From assembly GCF_009914755.1 (NCBI RefSeq), contig NC_060929.1: a DNA stretch of 64,000 nt; one strand, given 5' to 3'. Source of the DNA: the human T2T-CHM13v2.0 reference genome, Homo sapiens. The translations under genes were made by a program, and so were the position numbers. This document shows, piece after piece, positions 41,001 to 54,980 of the stretch. Each line of letters begins with the position of its first letter. Within the stretch, counting starts at the first letter, position 1. The notes under the pieces are model-generated. The model was not told the DNA's origin and ran no database searches. It saw only the letters and a program-made list of their open reading frames with translations.

Positions 41001-43530
41001 AATATATACTTAAATTAAAAATAAATTATAGAAGAGTGTGAGCTGATTGTATTCTTTTTAAAATAAATGCATATGCGTATGTGCCGGTATCCATCACTAC
41101 CTGCAACTTTATCATCCAATATAAGAAATAGAATGTATTCAAATGTTAGGGGATATTTGCGTGTATTTTTGTGTAAAATATAAAAAAAGTCTTGGGATAC
41201 CTAAAAAGTCAAACATTTGTAAATGTCCTCTCTAAATAATTAAACTTTAGTGAGAATCTTTATCAATCTTTAGACAAATCTCTGATTATTTCCTTTAGGT
41301 AAATTTTGAGAAGCAAAATTACTAAATCTAAGTGTGTCTGCCTATATATGTTCATGCATATTGCCATTACTTATCTAATGATAAGGAGCCCAGTGACTGG
41401 GCTAGCCCTAGGAATCAATAGGAATAAAAATAAAAATAAATATAGAAAACATATAAAATAAAAAATAAACATATTTTGTTCTATTTTGATTATTATATTG
41501 GGTAATTCCTTAAAAGTCACTCCACATCTAAGGATCTGATAAATACTAAATATATTTCTCTTCATTTATTTGAGGCGAATTTTAAACATTTCACTCTTTA
41601 AGCCATCAGAAGTTTTATTTGCTTGAGGTTACTTTTTTCCCACTAAATAGTGATCTAATTATCCCTGCACTATTTATTGAAGAGTCATCCTTTTCCCTAT
41701 TAAGCTGTGATATTACATTTATCTTACACTAAATCATTATATATACTAGTGTTGGTTTCTTGGATATTTGTTCTGTCCTATTGATATTTGTACTTTCATG
41801 AACCAGTACATACTACTTTATTCATTTAAGCAAGGATCATAGGGTTACTATAAAAGAGTTACTACCTATGCTTTAATGATCATTAAAAAAACTTACTTGT
41901 TTTAAGTAATTGAAAAGTTACTAAGATATATAAGTACATGATTTACTTATTTACCTTTCATTACCTCCAAATTTGAAATATTTTACAGAAATGTGCATTG
42001 TACAGTGGAATAAAAATAAATGAAAACATTTGTAAGAATTAAGATTAATTTAGGAGTGAGGTTAACATATGAAATCATTTCCATAAGGAACTAAAGTTAC
42101 TTTAGAATAGATCATATATTGTTTCTAGATGTGATCAAAACAAAGAAAAAAAAATGTGACCAGTTACAAGATTCCAAGTTTATCCTTAGAGTAATTTTTT
42201 AAAATTATTATTTTTTGAAGTCCCACTCGCCTGGTATTGAAACCCAAAAGTGGTGGTAAGCAGCCTTGATTATATCCCTGCAGTTGGCAGGTGAGTCTCT
42301 CTCACTGTGCTTCCAAAGCATCTTGTGTCACTATCCAACACTGACTGCGTTGTGCTACAATAGTCATGCATGCTTTGCTCTGTCCCCACCAACGTGACCC
42401 TCCCAGCCCCAGCCTGTAACCTTCTTTGATGCCTGTTTTCATAGCCCTTGTGTCTGGCACAGTGCTTGGAACAGGAGAGGGTTCAAAATTGTGGGGGGAA
42501 AGGGGGAAGAAAAAGCAAACTGAGAGATGGGAAAGAGGGAGGGAAAAGGAAGTTATCTAGGATTCCACATGGATTTGTTTGAAGTTAGCACTAACATGTT
42601 GGTGCCTCTGCCTTCATATTCCATGCTTCTAACTTATTCCTGGCACCATCCTGGTCCCAAATTCTGTTCCCATCCCTCAGAGCAATAGAAATGGATTTTA
42701 ACCTCTCTGCTTACTGTCCCCAATCCCAGTCCTGACAGTACACTGTCTACGCTCATATTAGATAGCACAAGATGATTTTTATTGTGAACGTGTTGGGATT
42801 TCAGGGCTAGAATCATTCCAGTTAATAGTGTGACATTAGGAGTTGATAGATTTACCATCAGCCTCGGGAGCTAAGTCAAGCTCACTCATCTGCCTTTAGC
42901 GATGCTGTAACTTTGTTCAAAAGGACCACTCAGAAAGCAGAGCTGCCGGCTGCTCGCTCACAGCTCCTTAGATAAGGCAGGCCCATTCCGTTGGCTTATT
43001 TTCTGAGCATAATGTGCTCATAGCATCTGTCAAAACTCATTGCTTATAAAAGACAAGGACCTACCTTAAGCCAGCTTAAGTATGAAATGAAACTCATGTA
43101 ACTAACTTGTGTAACTCATGCAACTGAAACCTCCAGGAAAAGTTGAGCAGGGGCTCAAATCAAACCGTGTCATCAGGGCTCTCTCTCACTTCTGTTCCTC
43201 TGTGCTGGCGTCATTCATAAGTAAGTCCTCTCCACATAGTGAGCCCAGCATTTTCAGCATAACAACCCTGGCAGAAAACATCTCTTTTCATTTTATTTTC
43301 CTTTTTTCAAACAGTTTACAGCCAAAGTCCCAGGATCTGAGACTCATTGGCCTCTCTCAAACTCAGTAACTCTATTCAGGGCATTGGAATACTCTCAATG
43401 TCTATTCTTAGAAATTCAGAATTGGAGTCAGCCCTAGCCCACCCACATAGACTGCTCATAGGCAAGGGGTGGCTCCCCAAAGGAAAATTGAATCATGGAG
43501 CAGAAATAAGAAGGAATGATGTTGGGCAGA

Positions 43531-44390
<860 letters not shown>

Positions 44391-44746
44391 GAAGGCCAGA
44401 CAGTAGAAACCCTCTACACTCTCCATGTCCTCTTGCTGTGTCTTTGAAGTCCCTGTGTTCTGTCTACCCACATCTCCTTCCTATCCTTGAAATACATGTG
44501 TGGCCTATTCCAAAGCTCATTCTTATCCTCTGCTTTGAAGCCCTTCCTTATTTTACTCTTGGAGAACTCAGCATCATCCACCTTATAGTTTCACAGAGCA
44601 TAAGTATTTCCCCACCATTTCCTCATTCTGATTCCACATGGATTTCTATAGCTTCCCTACCTTTAAGGGAGAAGAGACGCTTTTTTTGTGCACCCACTAT
44701 GTATACAACCCTGTGTTAATGGTTTATGGAATATGGATAGGAAATA

Positions 44747-45247
44747 CAGATGCTACTTGACTTACAATGGGGTTATGTCCTGATAAATTTGTTGGAAGTT
44801 GAAAATATTGGAAGTTAAAAACTCATGTAAAGGATAAGTCATGATTGCGGACTGTGAATGTCCCAACTCACGTGTGATGGCCATTACTGGCCTGCTGCCT
44901 TCATGCTGGGCAATTATCTTGAGTTTCATCTCAAGAGTAATTGCCTTCCTCTTCTTCTCACCAGAAGCAGGAGACACAGATGGGCATTTTGTAGACATGA
45001 TGGATGCGGAAACAGGATATCCAAAAATTGCTGGCAACACAGCACACTGTCATCATGTGCCTGACTGGGAGCTGCATTTCACTGCCGCTGTCCAGCACCT
45101 CAAGAGAGTATCCCACTGCATATCTCTAGCCTCGGAAAAGAGCAAAATTAAAAATGAAAAACATGGTGTTTACTGAATGCATATGCCTTTCATACTACTG
45201 TAAAGCCAAAAATAGGAAGTTGAACCATTGTAAGTCAGGGACAAAGG
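44747..45247 (-). mobile_element. Tigger5/MER47-family internally deleted transposon retaining the transposase N-terminus
   Basis: Termini cagatgctacttgacttacaatgggg / ccattgtaagtcagggacaaagg with TA flanks. Minus-strand frame KKRKAITLEMKLKIIAQHEG...AITRELGHSQS is a CENP-B/psq-type helix-turn-helix. Confidence 0.88.
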
Positions 45248-45745
45248 TACTTAGTTTCTTCTCTCAGAGTGAGAATTAGATAATCATGGTCTTCTCCCTT
45301 CCTCTAGCCTTACTTTCTGACTCATCTCTAATTAGGCAGTTCACAATATTTCTTGAAGACACACATTATCCCCAGAACTGTTGTTAGGGTAGTGATTAAG
45401 TTCAGTGACTGGTGACAATAAACCAGAGTGATGACAGGAAAAAGCAATGAAATTAGCTTGAAGACAAGCTAGAGGCAAGTCATGCCAGAGGTTGCCCCTT
45501 AGGGTTGGTGCCTGCCATAGCAGGAGCAAAACCAAAGATGATGCCGTTGCGCCTGACTGAGGCATCAGTCACAAATGGCCCATCCCCCAAATTATCTGGT
45601 TCATCTTATAGAAGCCAAGTTGGTATGCTATAAGTGGTCAGAAGGCACAGGGTGAAGATCCGGTGTCAATGTTTACCTAATGTGAGATCATGGGAGGCCA
45701 CTTTACTTCTCTGGGTTGTTTCCTCCTCTGTAACTTGAGGTACTA

Positions 45746-45918
45746 CAAGGCTGACTTCATGGTCATGCAAGCTCTGTGCAGTCCCAGAGGAGCCCTCATG
45801 TAGAACAGCCCCACACTTGGCTTAGTGCTTTGCTGTCACTGTCTTGAATTTCTTAATGATTTTTAAGCAAAAGGCTCATCATTTTCATTTTGCACTGGGT
45901 AATTATGTAACTTGTCCT
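45746..45918 (+). mobile_element. MER45A hAT element
   Basis: caaggctgacttcatgg...gtcttgaatttcttaatgattttt...cattttcattttgcactggg...tgtcctg. Confidence 0.85.
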
Positions 45919-46479
45919 GTGGGCCAAGTCAGTGATTCCACAGGATTCCTGGGGTTGGTCTATGGACTAAGGTGCCTAAGGTCCTATTTGTTTGGGAAAA
46001 AGGTGGGTTAACCATTAAACAAAGATAAGTAAGTTTCTTTACTGAAGGACATCTCAGAGTGTTTACATGTTAATATTTTTGTCACTCTCCAGAAAAAGAA
46101 AATGAAAATCATCTTTTAAACTTATTTGACCACAAAGCTCTCCAACTTTTTTTTTTCTCAAGAAGCATCTCATATAACAAGTGACACGCAGAATACATTT
46201 TGGAGAATGTTGGCTTCACTGTTTGCTTAGGTATCTGTGAAGTCTTACAACCTGTACTTTTTTTTATTGTAATGAGTCATGGATGGAGACCAGGAGCAGG
46301 GGAAGGGGAATTAAAGCTGGAATTAAGGAGTGGAAACAGGGTCTAGTTCCACATTCAAAGATGAATAATGCTATTCTATGGCCCAGGGCTCTGTTGCAAG
46401 AAAGAGTTACACTGGTCTTGTCTCACTGAAGCCCACACAGACCTACCATTTATCTCCTCTGAATTTCTGTTTATGCTGC

Positions 46480-47570
46480 TTTATCTATGTAAATGCCCTG
46501 CTTCACCTCAGTCTAGTAAATTCTTATTGTTTCTTCCTCCAAAATGTATCTTGAATTTGTCTACATTTATGTCTCCCAGCTTCACCCTTGTGTAAAACAC
46601 ATTGTCACAAATGGAGCAATGTTATAGTTTTCTAATTCACCTCCCAGATCCACCCCATTCTCCACTTGGTACTCTGACTTGACTTCTCTTTCCTAATTGC
46701 AGACTGGCCTCATGCCACTTCCCAGAATAAAACCTGTCAAAATTCCTGCTGTTTTTAGGAGAAAATCAAGACTTCCACTCATAACTAACTGCCTTGCAAG
46801 ACCTGAACCCCACCTGCTTGTCCAACTTTGTCGCAAGCTAGCCTGCCTATTGCTCCTATTCTCTGAACACAGTGACCTTTTGAGACTTTCTTGAGAGCAC
46901 CAAATTATTTTTCATTTTAGGAAATGTTTACGTTCTGCTTTCAGTCTCATGAATATTCTTACCCTTGCTATGCAAATGGCTGACTCCTCTTTAGTCTTTA
47001 GGTCTTCAATAAAAATCATTTCCCTTGCAAGATCTTTCTTGACCACTTTTCTGAAGCACCTCCCCCACCCCCACTGATACCATATACCTCCTACCCCTCT
47101 TAATACTATCAGTTCATCCTGGTCATTCAATTCTTAATATCCATACATGCTATAATTAGTTGTTTACTTTCTCATTGCTAGAATGCCAATGCCTTGAAGG
47201 CAGGGATTATATCCCTCTGGTATATCCGATTCTTAACAAATGCGTGGTACATAGTAAATATTCACTGTGTATTTGTTGACTGAATGACCAAGTGAATGAA
47301 TTCCTAAAGGTCTGTCTAATGCTTGTTTCCTATCCATGATGTCTCTTCTGATTTTTCCCAACAAGAAAGGATGTCTCCTTTGTCTGAATTCTCGTAGTTC
47401 TTTACCTATGACTTCTTTATAGCTCTTGTATTCAACCCCTTGGCATTATTGGTGACTTTATTTCATCCTTCTTAAGTTCCTGGAGTAGCATCTTACAGAT
47501 TTTTGTATACTCCAGCTGTTCCTGGCACAGAATAGGTGCTCAATAATCCTGATTGACTTGATTTGAATAA
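46480..47570 (+). mobile_element. L2 LINE fragments
   Basis: ccttgaaggcagggat...ggtacatagtaaatattcact...gttgactgaatga; cctggcacagaataggtgctcaataa. Confidence 0.7.
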
Positions 47571-48029
47571 TTGAAAGAGCTTTCAATAGAACAGGCACCT
47601 AAAAAGTTGTTGAAGAAGATTATTTAAAAATAAAACAACAGCAAGCCAAAAATGGGCACATTTCCCGGCCATTTTAGGAGTCTTGGAGAACAGCCTAAAC
47701 ACCAATCCCCACTGATCCAAATCGGCTTCATTAAACACTCCCTGGGCCTGTGAGATGGATGGCATCTGAGCAGAGCCCTGACAGGCTGGAAGAAAAGATC
47801 TCCACCTCCAGGTGCTCCTCCACTGCTCCTGGCCCCAGTTGATGGCCCTGCCATGGAAACTTTCAAGGAGGAAACTGCTGTGAGCATGAAGACTGAGCAG
47901 TGCTCCTTTTTGCTGGCCCTTTTAGAAATTTCCTCCGATTGAGAATTAGTCCTGGATATATGTGCATAGGTGAGATTACAATAAAGACTTGGGAAAGAGG
48001 AAGGTGTCTTTCTTGGCCAGGACACTCAA

Positions 48030-48180
48030 ACATGAGTGACTATTACCATTCTGAGTTTATTTTGTTTCATCTATAGAAGTAATAATGTATACCTGACAGG
48101 GTTGTTGTGAGGATAAAATAGGATAATATATGTCTTAATTTTATATACATATAGTAGATGCTAAATATGTGTTAGGTTCC
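48030..48180 (+). mobile_element. MIR fragment
   Basis: tttcatctatagaagtaataatgtatacctgacagggttgttgtgaggataaaataggataa. Confidence 0.75.
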
Positions 48181-49288
48181 TTCCTATCTTCCCTTCCATT
48201 TCAGGTAAGAGCTCTGTGCGTGACCTCCAGGATGGACCACATCAGGGAACATAATTTGAATTTATAGAAAGGGGAAAGTTAGATTGAGTTATATGTGTAT
48301 ACACATGAGTGCATATAGCTCATGTATATGTGTTATCTGACGGGAAGCTGGTACTTGCTATGCATTTTGATGTGATAAGTGAACAGCAAACAAAATGACG
48401 TGCGCCCAGAAGAGAATGCAACTGGAACCTTCATCTCAACCTGGACAGTAGTGCCTTGTGGAGATACTGTTAGTTTGTGGGAAGAAAAGTTATACAGTCT
48501 TAAAGGGGCAAAGGGTGAAATTTTCTTCTTCAAGCTAGGAATAAGAACAAGTTTCATCTGAAGCAAACTAACATCAGAAAAGTCACAATTTCTTTTTTAA
48601 AGTTTGTTTCATAGCCAGGGTGAGGGATTTCCATTGGTAGAACTAGAAGCCTTTTCATATCAGTCTCCATTATTTATTAAATGAACTTCAGAAATAGATG
48701 GATAAAGTAGTATCTGACACTTGAAAGTCTCTGCCAGATGCTGTGTTCCTAGCCCAGCAAAAGAGGGGCCAGATTACATTATGATGTCGTTTTTCTCTCT
48801 TCCTTTCTGATAATCATTTCCTGGACACAGGGGTGGAAAACAGATTACTTGGAAACAGAACATGTCTAATAGAAACTCACTTAAGGTTCAGGAAATACCT
48901 GAAACATAAAGGATTTTTTGCCGTAAATGTGATGTGACAAGTTCACCTGTGGACCAAATGAAGTAACCATAAAGGCATCCATTTGCTTGAGAATTATCCA
49001 CACAGTAACCTGACTTCAGTTTTCAGATGCCTCTGGAACATTTGCTGTGGCCTTGGGTTTTTTTCGTCTATATCCATGGTATTTCTTCACTCTCTTATTA
49101 CAAATGGGTAAGAGATCTAAGAAGAAAATCAAAACTAAAAGAAAAAGAAAAACACACAGAACCCCCCTCCCCCAAAATGCCCATGTTTACAAGGACAATG
49201 GATGGAATGGATAGAATTTGAGATAAATCTGTCACAATGATAGCTGTCATTTAAAATAGTTGTCTTCAAAATTTTGTTTAACTGACTT

Positions 49289-49565
49289 TTTTTTTTTTCT
49301 CTGTCATCCAGGCTGTAATGCAATGGCGTGATCTTGGCTCACTGCAATCTCTACCACCTGGGTTCAAGTGATTCTCGTGCCTCAGCCTCCCGAGTAGCTG
49401 GGATTACAGGCATGCACCACCTCACCTGGCTGATTTTTGTATTTTTAGTAGAGACAGGATTTTGGCTGGTTGGCCAGGCTGGTCCCAAACTCCTGGCCTC
49501 AAGTGATCTGACCACCTTTGCCTCCCAAAGTGCTGGGATTACAGGAGTGAGCCACCGAGCCCCAG
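49289..49565 (-). mobile_element. AluS-family SINE, slightly deleted near the tail
   Basis: Reverse Alu dimer; TSD tgtttaactgactt at 49275-49288 and 49566-49579. Confidence 0.95.
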
Positions 49566-50834
49566 TGTTTAACTGACTTTAACATGGCATGAAGTTTATT
49601 TTATGATTGTAAGTTTTGGAAAATAACACATGTATTTGCTTTGTTGTTAATGAAAGCTTACTTTAAAAAGATGCAATGAAAAGGAGATTCACTGGGAAAG
49701 AGGGCCATCTTCTCTGACATTTAATACATGAAAACACAGCAAAATGATAGGGAAATAATACACGTTCCAGAATGTTGATGTCTCAGAGACTCCTCCCCAA
49801 CTATTTATTTGTTTCTTCTCTCCTCCATCCCACTAACAGTTGTTGCAGTGGCACAGCAGCACCAGGGCCATTTATTAGATGAGGCACTTTATTAGAATGG
49901 TGCTTCATTGGAATAGAGACCCACACAGTCCTTGAGTGAAGACACATGTTGGCAATAGGAAGAGGTTATTTTTCCACAAGTCATATTAAAGATGACTGGG
50001 TGTTGACACAATACAGAAAATCGCTGGTGAAGGATTTTAACCTTCTTTAGCAATGAGCAGGTCACCTCATGGAAAGATAGGACAGAGTTTTCTGAAATCT
50101 TCCCAGGAGCTTAACGAATGGATTTGAGCATGATTATAAAAATGGCTGCATAAATATTTTTCTTTGCTCATTTCAGAGCATGGTAATCAGAAAGGCTCTT
50201 TGAAAACCATATTTTTATCTGCACCTCAGATTCATCCATACCCATTAGCTGCTTAATTAGGCGAAACAAACTTTAAGTTGCATGCCAGGGGCTTAATTTA
50301 ATTTGCCTGGGATAAGCAGTTGGCCATAGCTGTGAAGCCTTGTGTTTTTAGAAATTATACTAGAGTATTGAAGCAAAAACTCTTAAAATACAGTGTGGAA
50401 ATTGAAGCAGACCGTAGTTCATATTGTGTGGGAAATTTAAAGAGGTCTAATAGCCAGTAAGCAGGTATGTGAGTCACATCTCCCTGATGTTGTTCACATT
50501 CCAGTTGCTTGTTTTTTCACTCTAGTCCTGTGGATTCTAAAGTAGTACAACTCAAGTGACATCAGTTCATGAAGACAAAAGAAGCTTTTTGTTTGATTTT
50601 GGCTGGGTGGGTGTTTTGTTCAGGCAAGTATTGAGCAGAAGAAAAAATGTCTTTATAAATCCTTAGCTTAATGGATTTTTAAAAAATCAAATGTAAATTC
50701 TATTAAACTACTTTTCAGTTATCACATAATTTACTTAGGCATTTCTGCATAGCAAAATATATTTGGTCTAAATGCAAAGGGAAAAAAGTGATTTAACTTT
50801 GCAAGAAACTGTTCCTTTGTTTTTTTAAAAATAA

Positions 50835-51040
50835 GTATTTTTAAATTTTATGGGTACATAGTAGATGTATTATTTATGAGGCACTTGAGTTATTTTGATA
50901 TAGGCATACAATATGTAATAATCACCTCAGGGTAAATGGAGTATCCATCACCTCAAGCATTTATCATTGCTTTGGGTTACAAACATACCAATTATACTCT
51001 TTTAGTTATTTTTAAAAGTACAATAAATTACTGTTGACTA
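50835..51040 (-). mobile_element. L1MA-type 3' end
   Basis: tgggtacatagtagatgtat...ggagtatccatcacctcaagcatttatc...caattatactcttttagttatttt. Confidence 0.85.
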
Positions 51041-52079
51041 TACTTGTCTTTTGCTTTTAATCATTTAAAATAACATCCAAGACACAATTCTTGTAAAAAG
51101 GAAAGTTAGAAAGTTGATTTTTTACAGCATGTAAAATAAGTATATTTAGGTATGTAGCACCTTCCTGGAATAATAGGGGAGTCAATAGCAAAGCCTGTGT
51201 CCATTGTGTGTCACTGATGCATGTGTTGTGTAGAAAATCAGGAGGAACTATGGATAGGGCTCAGGGTATGAGTGCTGGCTCCGAACCTGATATTAGCTGT
51301 GACTTGAGACAAGTCACTTGACTATGCTGTCTTAATTTTCCAGTATGTGAAAAAGTGAAAGAAATAATATGACTTATTTAGCCCACAGGGTTGTCTACAG
51401 CAGAGGAGGAAAAGATGAATGTGATTAACATATTCAGCTGGGAAAATATGCAGCAAGTTTCAAATGAGAGCTGTGAGGTACAAAGAGAAGAAGGTTGAGA
51501 GAAAATTTGGAAGTGAAGAGCTAAGGGGCCCAAAAGTAGCATCTAGAGTGAGAAGAATGGGCTAGAAGAAAAGTAGCAGTGGGTTTGATGCGTAGAGAGA
51601 GGCTGGCATGAGCGTGGACAAGATACCATCACAGCAGAAAACATGGAGCCACTTGGTGATGGGTTGGAGTCTTCTACATTGACCTTGATGCAGTGTGTAT
51701 CTTCTGTTAACCATCCCCATGCTGCAATCTGTGACAGGATGGAATTTGTTGTGAATCCTTGTAGGGTCAGGGCCAGGAATCAGTGAGAATGACTGCATTG
51801 TGTTGATACTTGAGTCCCCTGCCAAGCTTGGTAGATAGGAACAGTCCACGCGGTGGCTGAGAGTGATGAGGTAATAATTGAAGAGACAGAGTAAAATGAA
51901 CAGAAAACCACTGGGTGTTCAGTGCACAGAACTTCTTGGCATGCTGGATTTATCCAGCAAGAAAAAGAAATAGAGGGAAGACATTGGCTGATGATCTCTC
52001 GCTTGTAGACTTAGTTGCTTAATTGCCAATGAGGGAGAGATGCTGCTTGCAGGTGAGTTGCCAAAGTGAATAAACATGA

Positions 52080-52250
52080 GTTATGTTAAGAAATTAACAA
52101 AAGATAAATTTCAGGCAAGTTTCTGGAAAACACAGACTGGTGAGAAGATCCACTGGACTGTGAAAAAGCCTTACCCTTGGAAAGCGGAGGGAGTGCCATC
52201 CTTTAAGATATTTAAAACAAGACTAGCTAAAGCATCTGCTAGAATCTTAT
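52080..52250 (+). mobile_element. L3/CR1 LINE 3' fragment
   Basis: ggagtgccatcctttaagatatttaaaacaagactagctaaagcatctg resembles the CR1 reverse-transcriptase C-terminus (VPSFKIFKTRLAK). Confidence 0.6.
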
Positions 52251-53399
52251 CCAGAAGGGAAAAATCCAGATCTGGCAAGAGATGAACTAGCTGATGTCTG
52301 GGAGCTCTCACACCTCTCATTCTTGATGTTGAAAAGCTGTGGTCAAATCCCTGAACATTTTCCCGAGCACATTTAAGACTGGGAGCTGTGTGAATCATTA
52401 GTCATTCTGGTAATCTCTAGGAGGCAGTGCCAGCTGTGGAATTTTGAGCAGATGTGGCAAAACAGCAGAAACCACCTTTTGGATTCATATCCTCTTGTCT
52501 CTCACTCTTATCCTTGGAAGAATCTGAGCATATTTTTAAAGGGCAAGTTAGGTGGTAGTAGAGTTGTTAAAAAAGAAAAAAAAGAGAGAGAGAGAAATCT
52601 GTTTGAGAGAGAGAGCTTCCAACTTCCTAATTTATATTAAGGGGAGAATAATTGTAAATGCCCAGATTTAAGTACAGTAAACTATGCCTTGATCTAACCA
52701 TTATAGGACTCTGCCCAACCCAGAACAATTATCAACTGTTAATTATGCGTTTGAGCATGAGGCCCAGCAAATTGATAATTCCAGACCATCTTCCCTCTGC
52801 TGCCTATCTGTTTCTAGCCTGTCCCTTGGCTATTTGCTAGCAGAATAAACTATATCCTTGATAAGACTGCCATTTGAGAAAAAAATCCGTCTGGAAGGAC
52901 TGGCAGAATAGAAGGGATAGGAGTGCTGCCTTGATAAGTCATAAAGACCATCTGTCAGCTCTGAATCTCTGATCTAGGCTGATTGGGGAAAAGACAGGTG
53001 CAGATTGAAGTTGAAAACAGTTTTTTTGAATGAATTTGTCAAAAGTTTGCCTTACTTAATTTCCACGAGGGTCTAAACCTGTGACTTTGAATCGGCCCTT
53101 GAGAGTGACATTTCCATTGCCTGACTCTCACACACATGTTGTGTAGAAAGGCAGAAAGAACCATTGATAAGGCATCAGAAACTCAGGGAATGAGGCCTGG
53201 CTGTATGTGACTTTGGACAAATCACTTGACTGTGTTATTTTAGCTTTCTGGTGTGTGAAAAGGTAGTAACTCTCTTTTAGAGTTAACCCACAAGGTTGTA
53301 TTTATTAAGGGAGGAAAAAAAGGAGCAATTAATGTATTTTCTTCTGAAAGAAAAGCATTTAGATTAGAACAATTTGTCCTATCAAAAGCCAATTTCTCT

Positions 53400-54980
53400 A
53401 TTCACTTAGTAACTGCAGCTCATCTCCTTTTACTTACTTAACTCCAGAAGTTCATCTTGTGTTCTGTATCATTAATATTCCCCATCAACTGGATCATTCC
53501 CATGGGTATACAAAAACTCTTAATATTTCTCATGTTAAAAGAACAAACACAAAAGAACTTTAATTCCCAGTCCCATGTCTTTCTCCACCTACTGCCCACT
53601 TGCACTGCTCCCCTCCATGACAAAACACTCAATGGAGTTGTCTATACTGTCCTTCTGCTTGCTCATCTTCCAGTCTGTTTTTAACTCATTTCATCAGGCT
53701 TTGTTCTCATCACTCATTTGAACCTGTTCTGGTAAAGTCACCAGTGACTTCCACATTGCTGAATCTAGTGATCACCTTACAGCACTCATTCTTCGTCAAC
53801 TCTCTGCATCATTTGACACAATTTTTTACTTCTTGAAACACTCTTCACTTGACCTCCAGGCTGTGACAATTTTCTCATACTCATTCTGTCTCCTCAACTA
53901 CTTTTCAGGCTTCTCTATGGGTTCCTTATCTTCTTTCTGATCACTGTTTTGGAGTTTGGGGGGGCTTATTTATCAGATTTTTGTCTTCTCTGTATTGTTA
54001 GGTGACTCCATCCAGTTTCATGGCTGTAAATATTATCTCCAGCCTCAACTTGTCCTTTGAATTACAAACTCCCATCAAGGTGCCTCTGTGGCATTGCCAG
54101 TGTCTATCTAATAAGTTTCTCAAACTTAGCATGTTCAGTACATCTATTCAGTTAGTCAGGCCAAAGTTCCAGGAGTTAACTTTGAATCTTCTTCCTTCAT
54201 ATCCTAAATCCTACCCATCAGCAAATCCTGTCCATTCTTCAAATTATATATCCAACTATTCTCCACCAAGTTCATGACTACTATCCTATCACTTGATCAT
54301 TCTATTAAGTCATTAATATCCTATTCTATCATTCTATTAAGTCACCATCATCTCTCATTTGGACTAGGGTGAAAGTCTTGTAATGGATTTTGCTTTCACT
54401 CTAGACTGCCCAAAATCCAGTGTCCACACATCACCTTCAAAGATCTTTTAAAATCTCAAAGAGATTCTTTCACTTCTCATTCAAAATCCTCCAACTCAAA
54501 TTCTTTACACTGGCCAATAAATCTCACATCAGATTTAATTTTATTTTCTATTTTTGTCCCCATTACACATTCTGTTCTGGTCATCTGAGCTTTCTTGGGT
54601 TCCTTAAACATGCCAGGCTTATTTTCTTCTCAGGCTCTTTGCAATTCCTGTTTCCTCTGCCTGAAGTTTCTCTTCCAGATTTTGAAGGATTTTATCCAGA
54701 GTCCTTCCCTGAGCATCTGACCTAAAATGGTCCTTGAGTCCCGGCTGTGTCGCCACAATCTCTCAACTTGATTAATTTTCCTTTAGAGCATCTATTAGTG
54801 TCTAAAGTTACATCATTTATTTTTTGTTTTTAACTTGCTTTTGTTTTTTGTTTTCTCAGTCTTTCCAAGTAAAGGTAAGTTCCCTGAAAGCGAAGTTTAC
54901 TGTTGTATCCTCAGCATCTGAAATAAGACTAGCATATAGTAGATGCTTCATAGTGACTTTAAAAAATCTTATTAATTCAC
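53400..54980 (+). mobile_element. Long L2 LINE segment
   Basis: aaagtcaccagtgacttccacattgctgaatctagtg...catttgacaca...cttgaaacactctt...catatagtagatgcttcata. Confidence 0.82.

Noticed and set aside
47624-48025. 133-aa minus-strand ORF (likewise 57474-57857, 57941-58294, 4909-5232)
   Set aside because: No recognisable domain, splice context or coding-like composition; lengths are plausible by chance in six frames of 64 kb.
54282-54344. Duplicated atcattctattaagtca within L2
   Set aside because: Simple slippage duplication in a decayed repeat with no sign of function.
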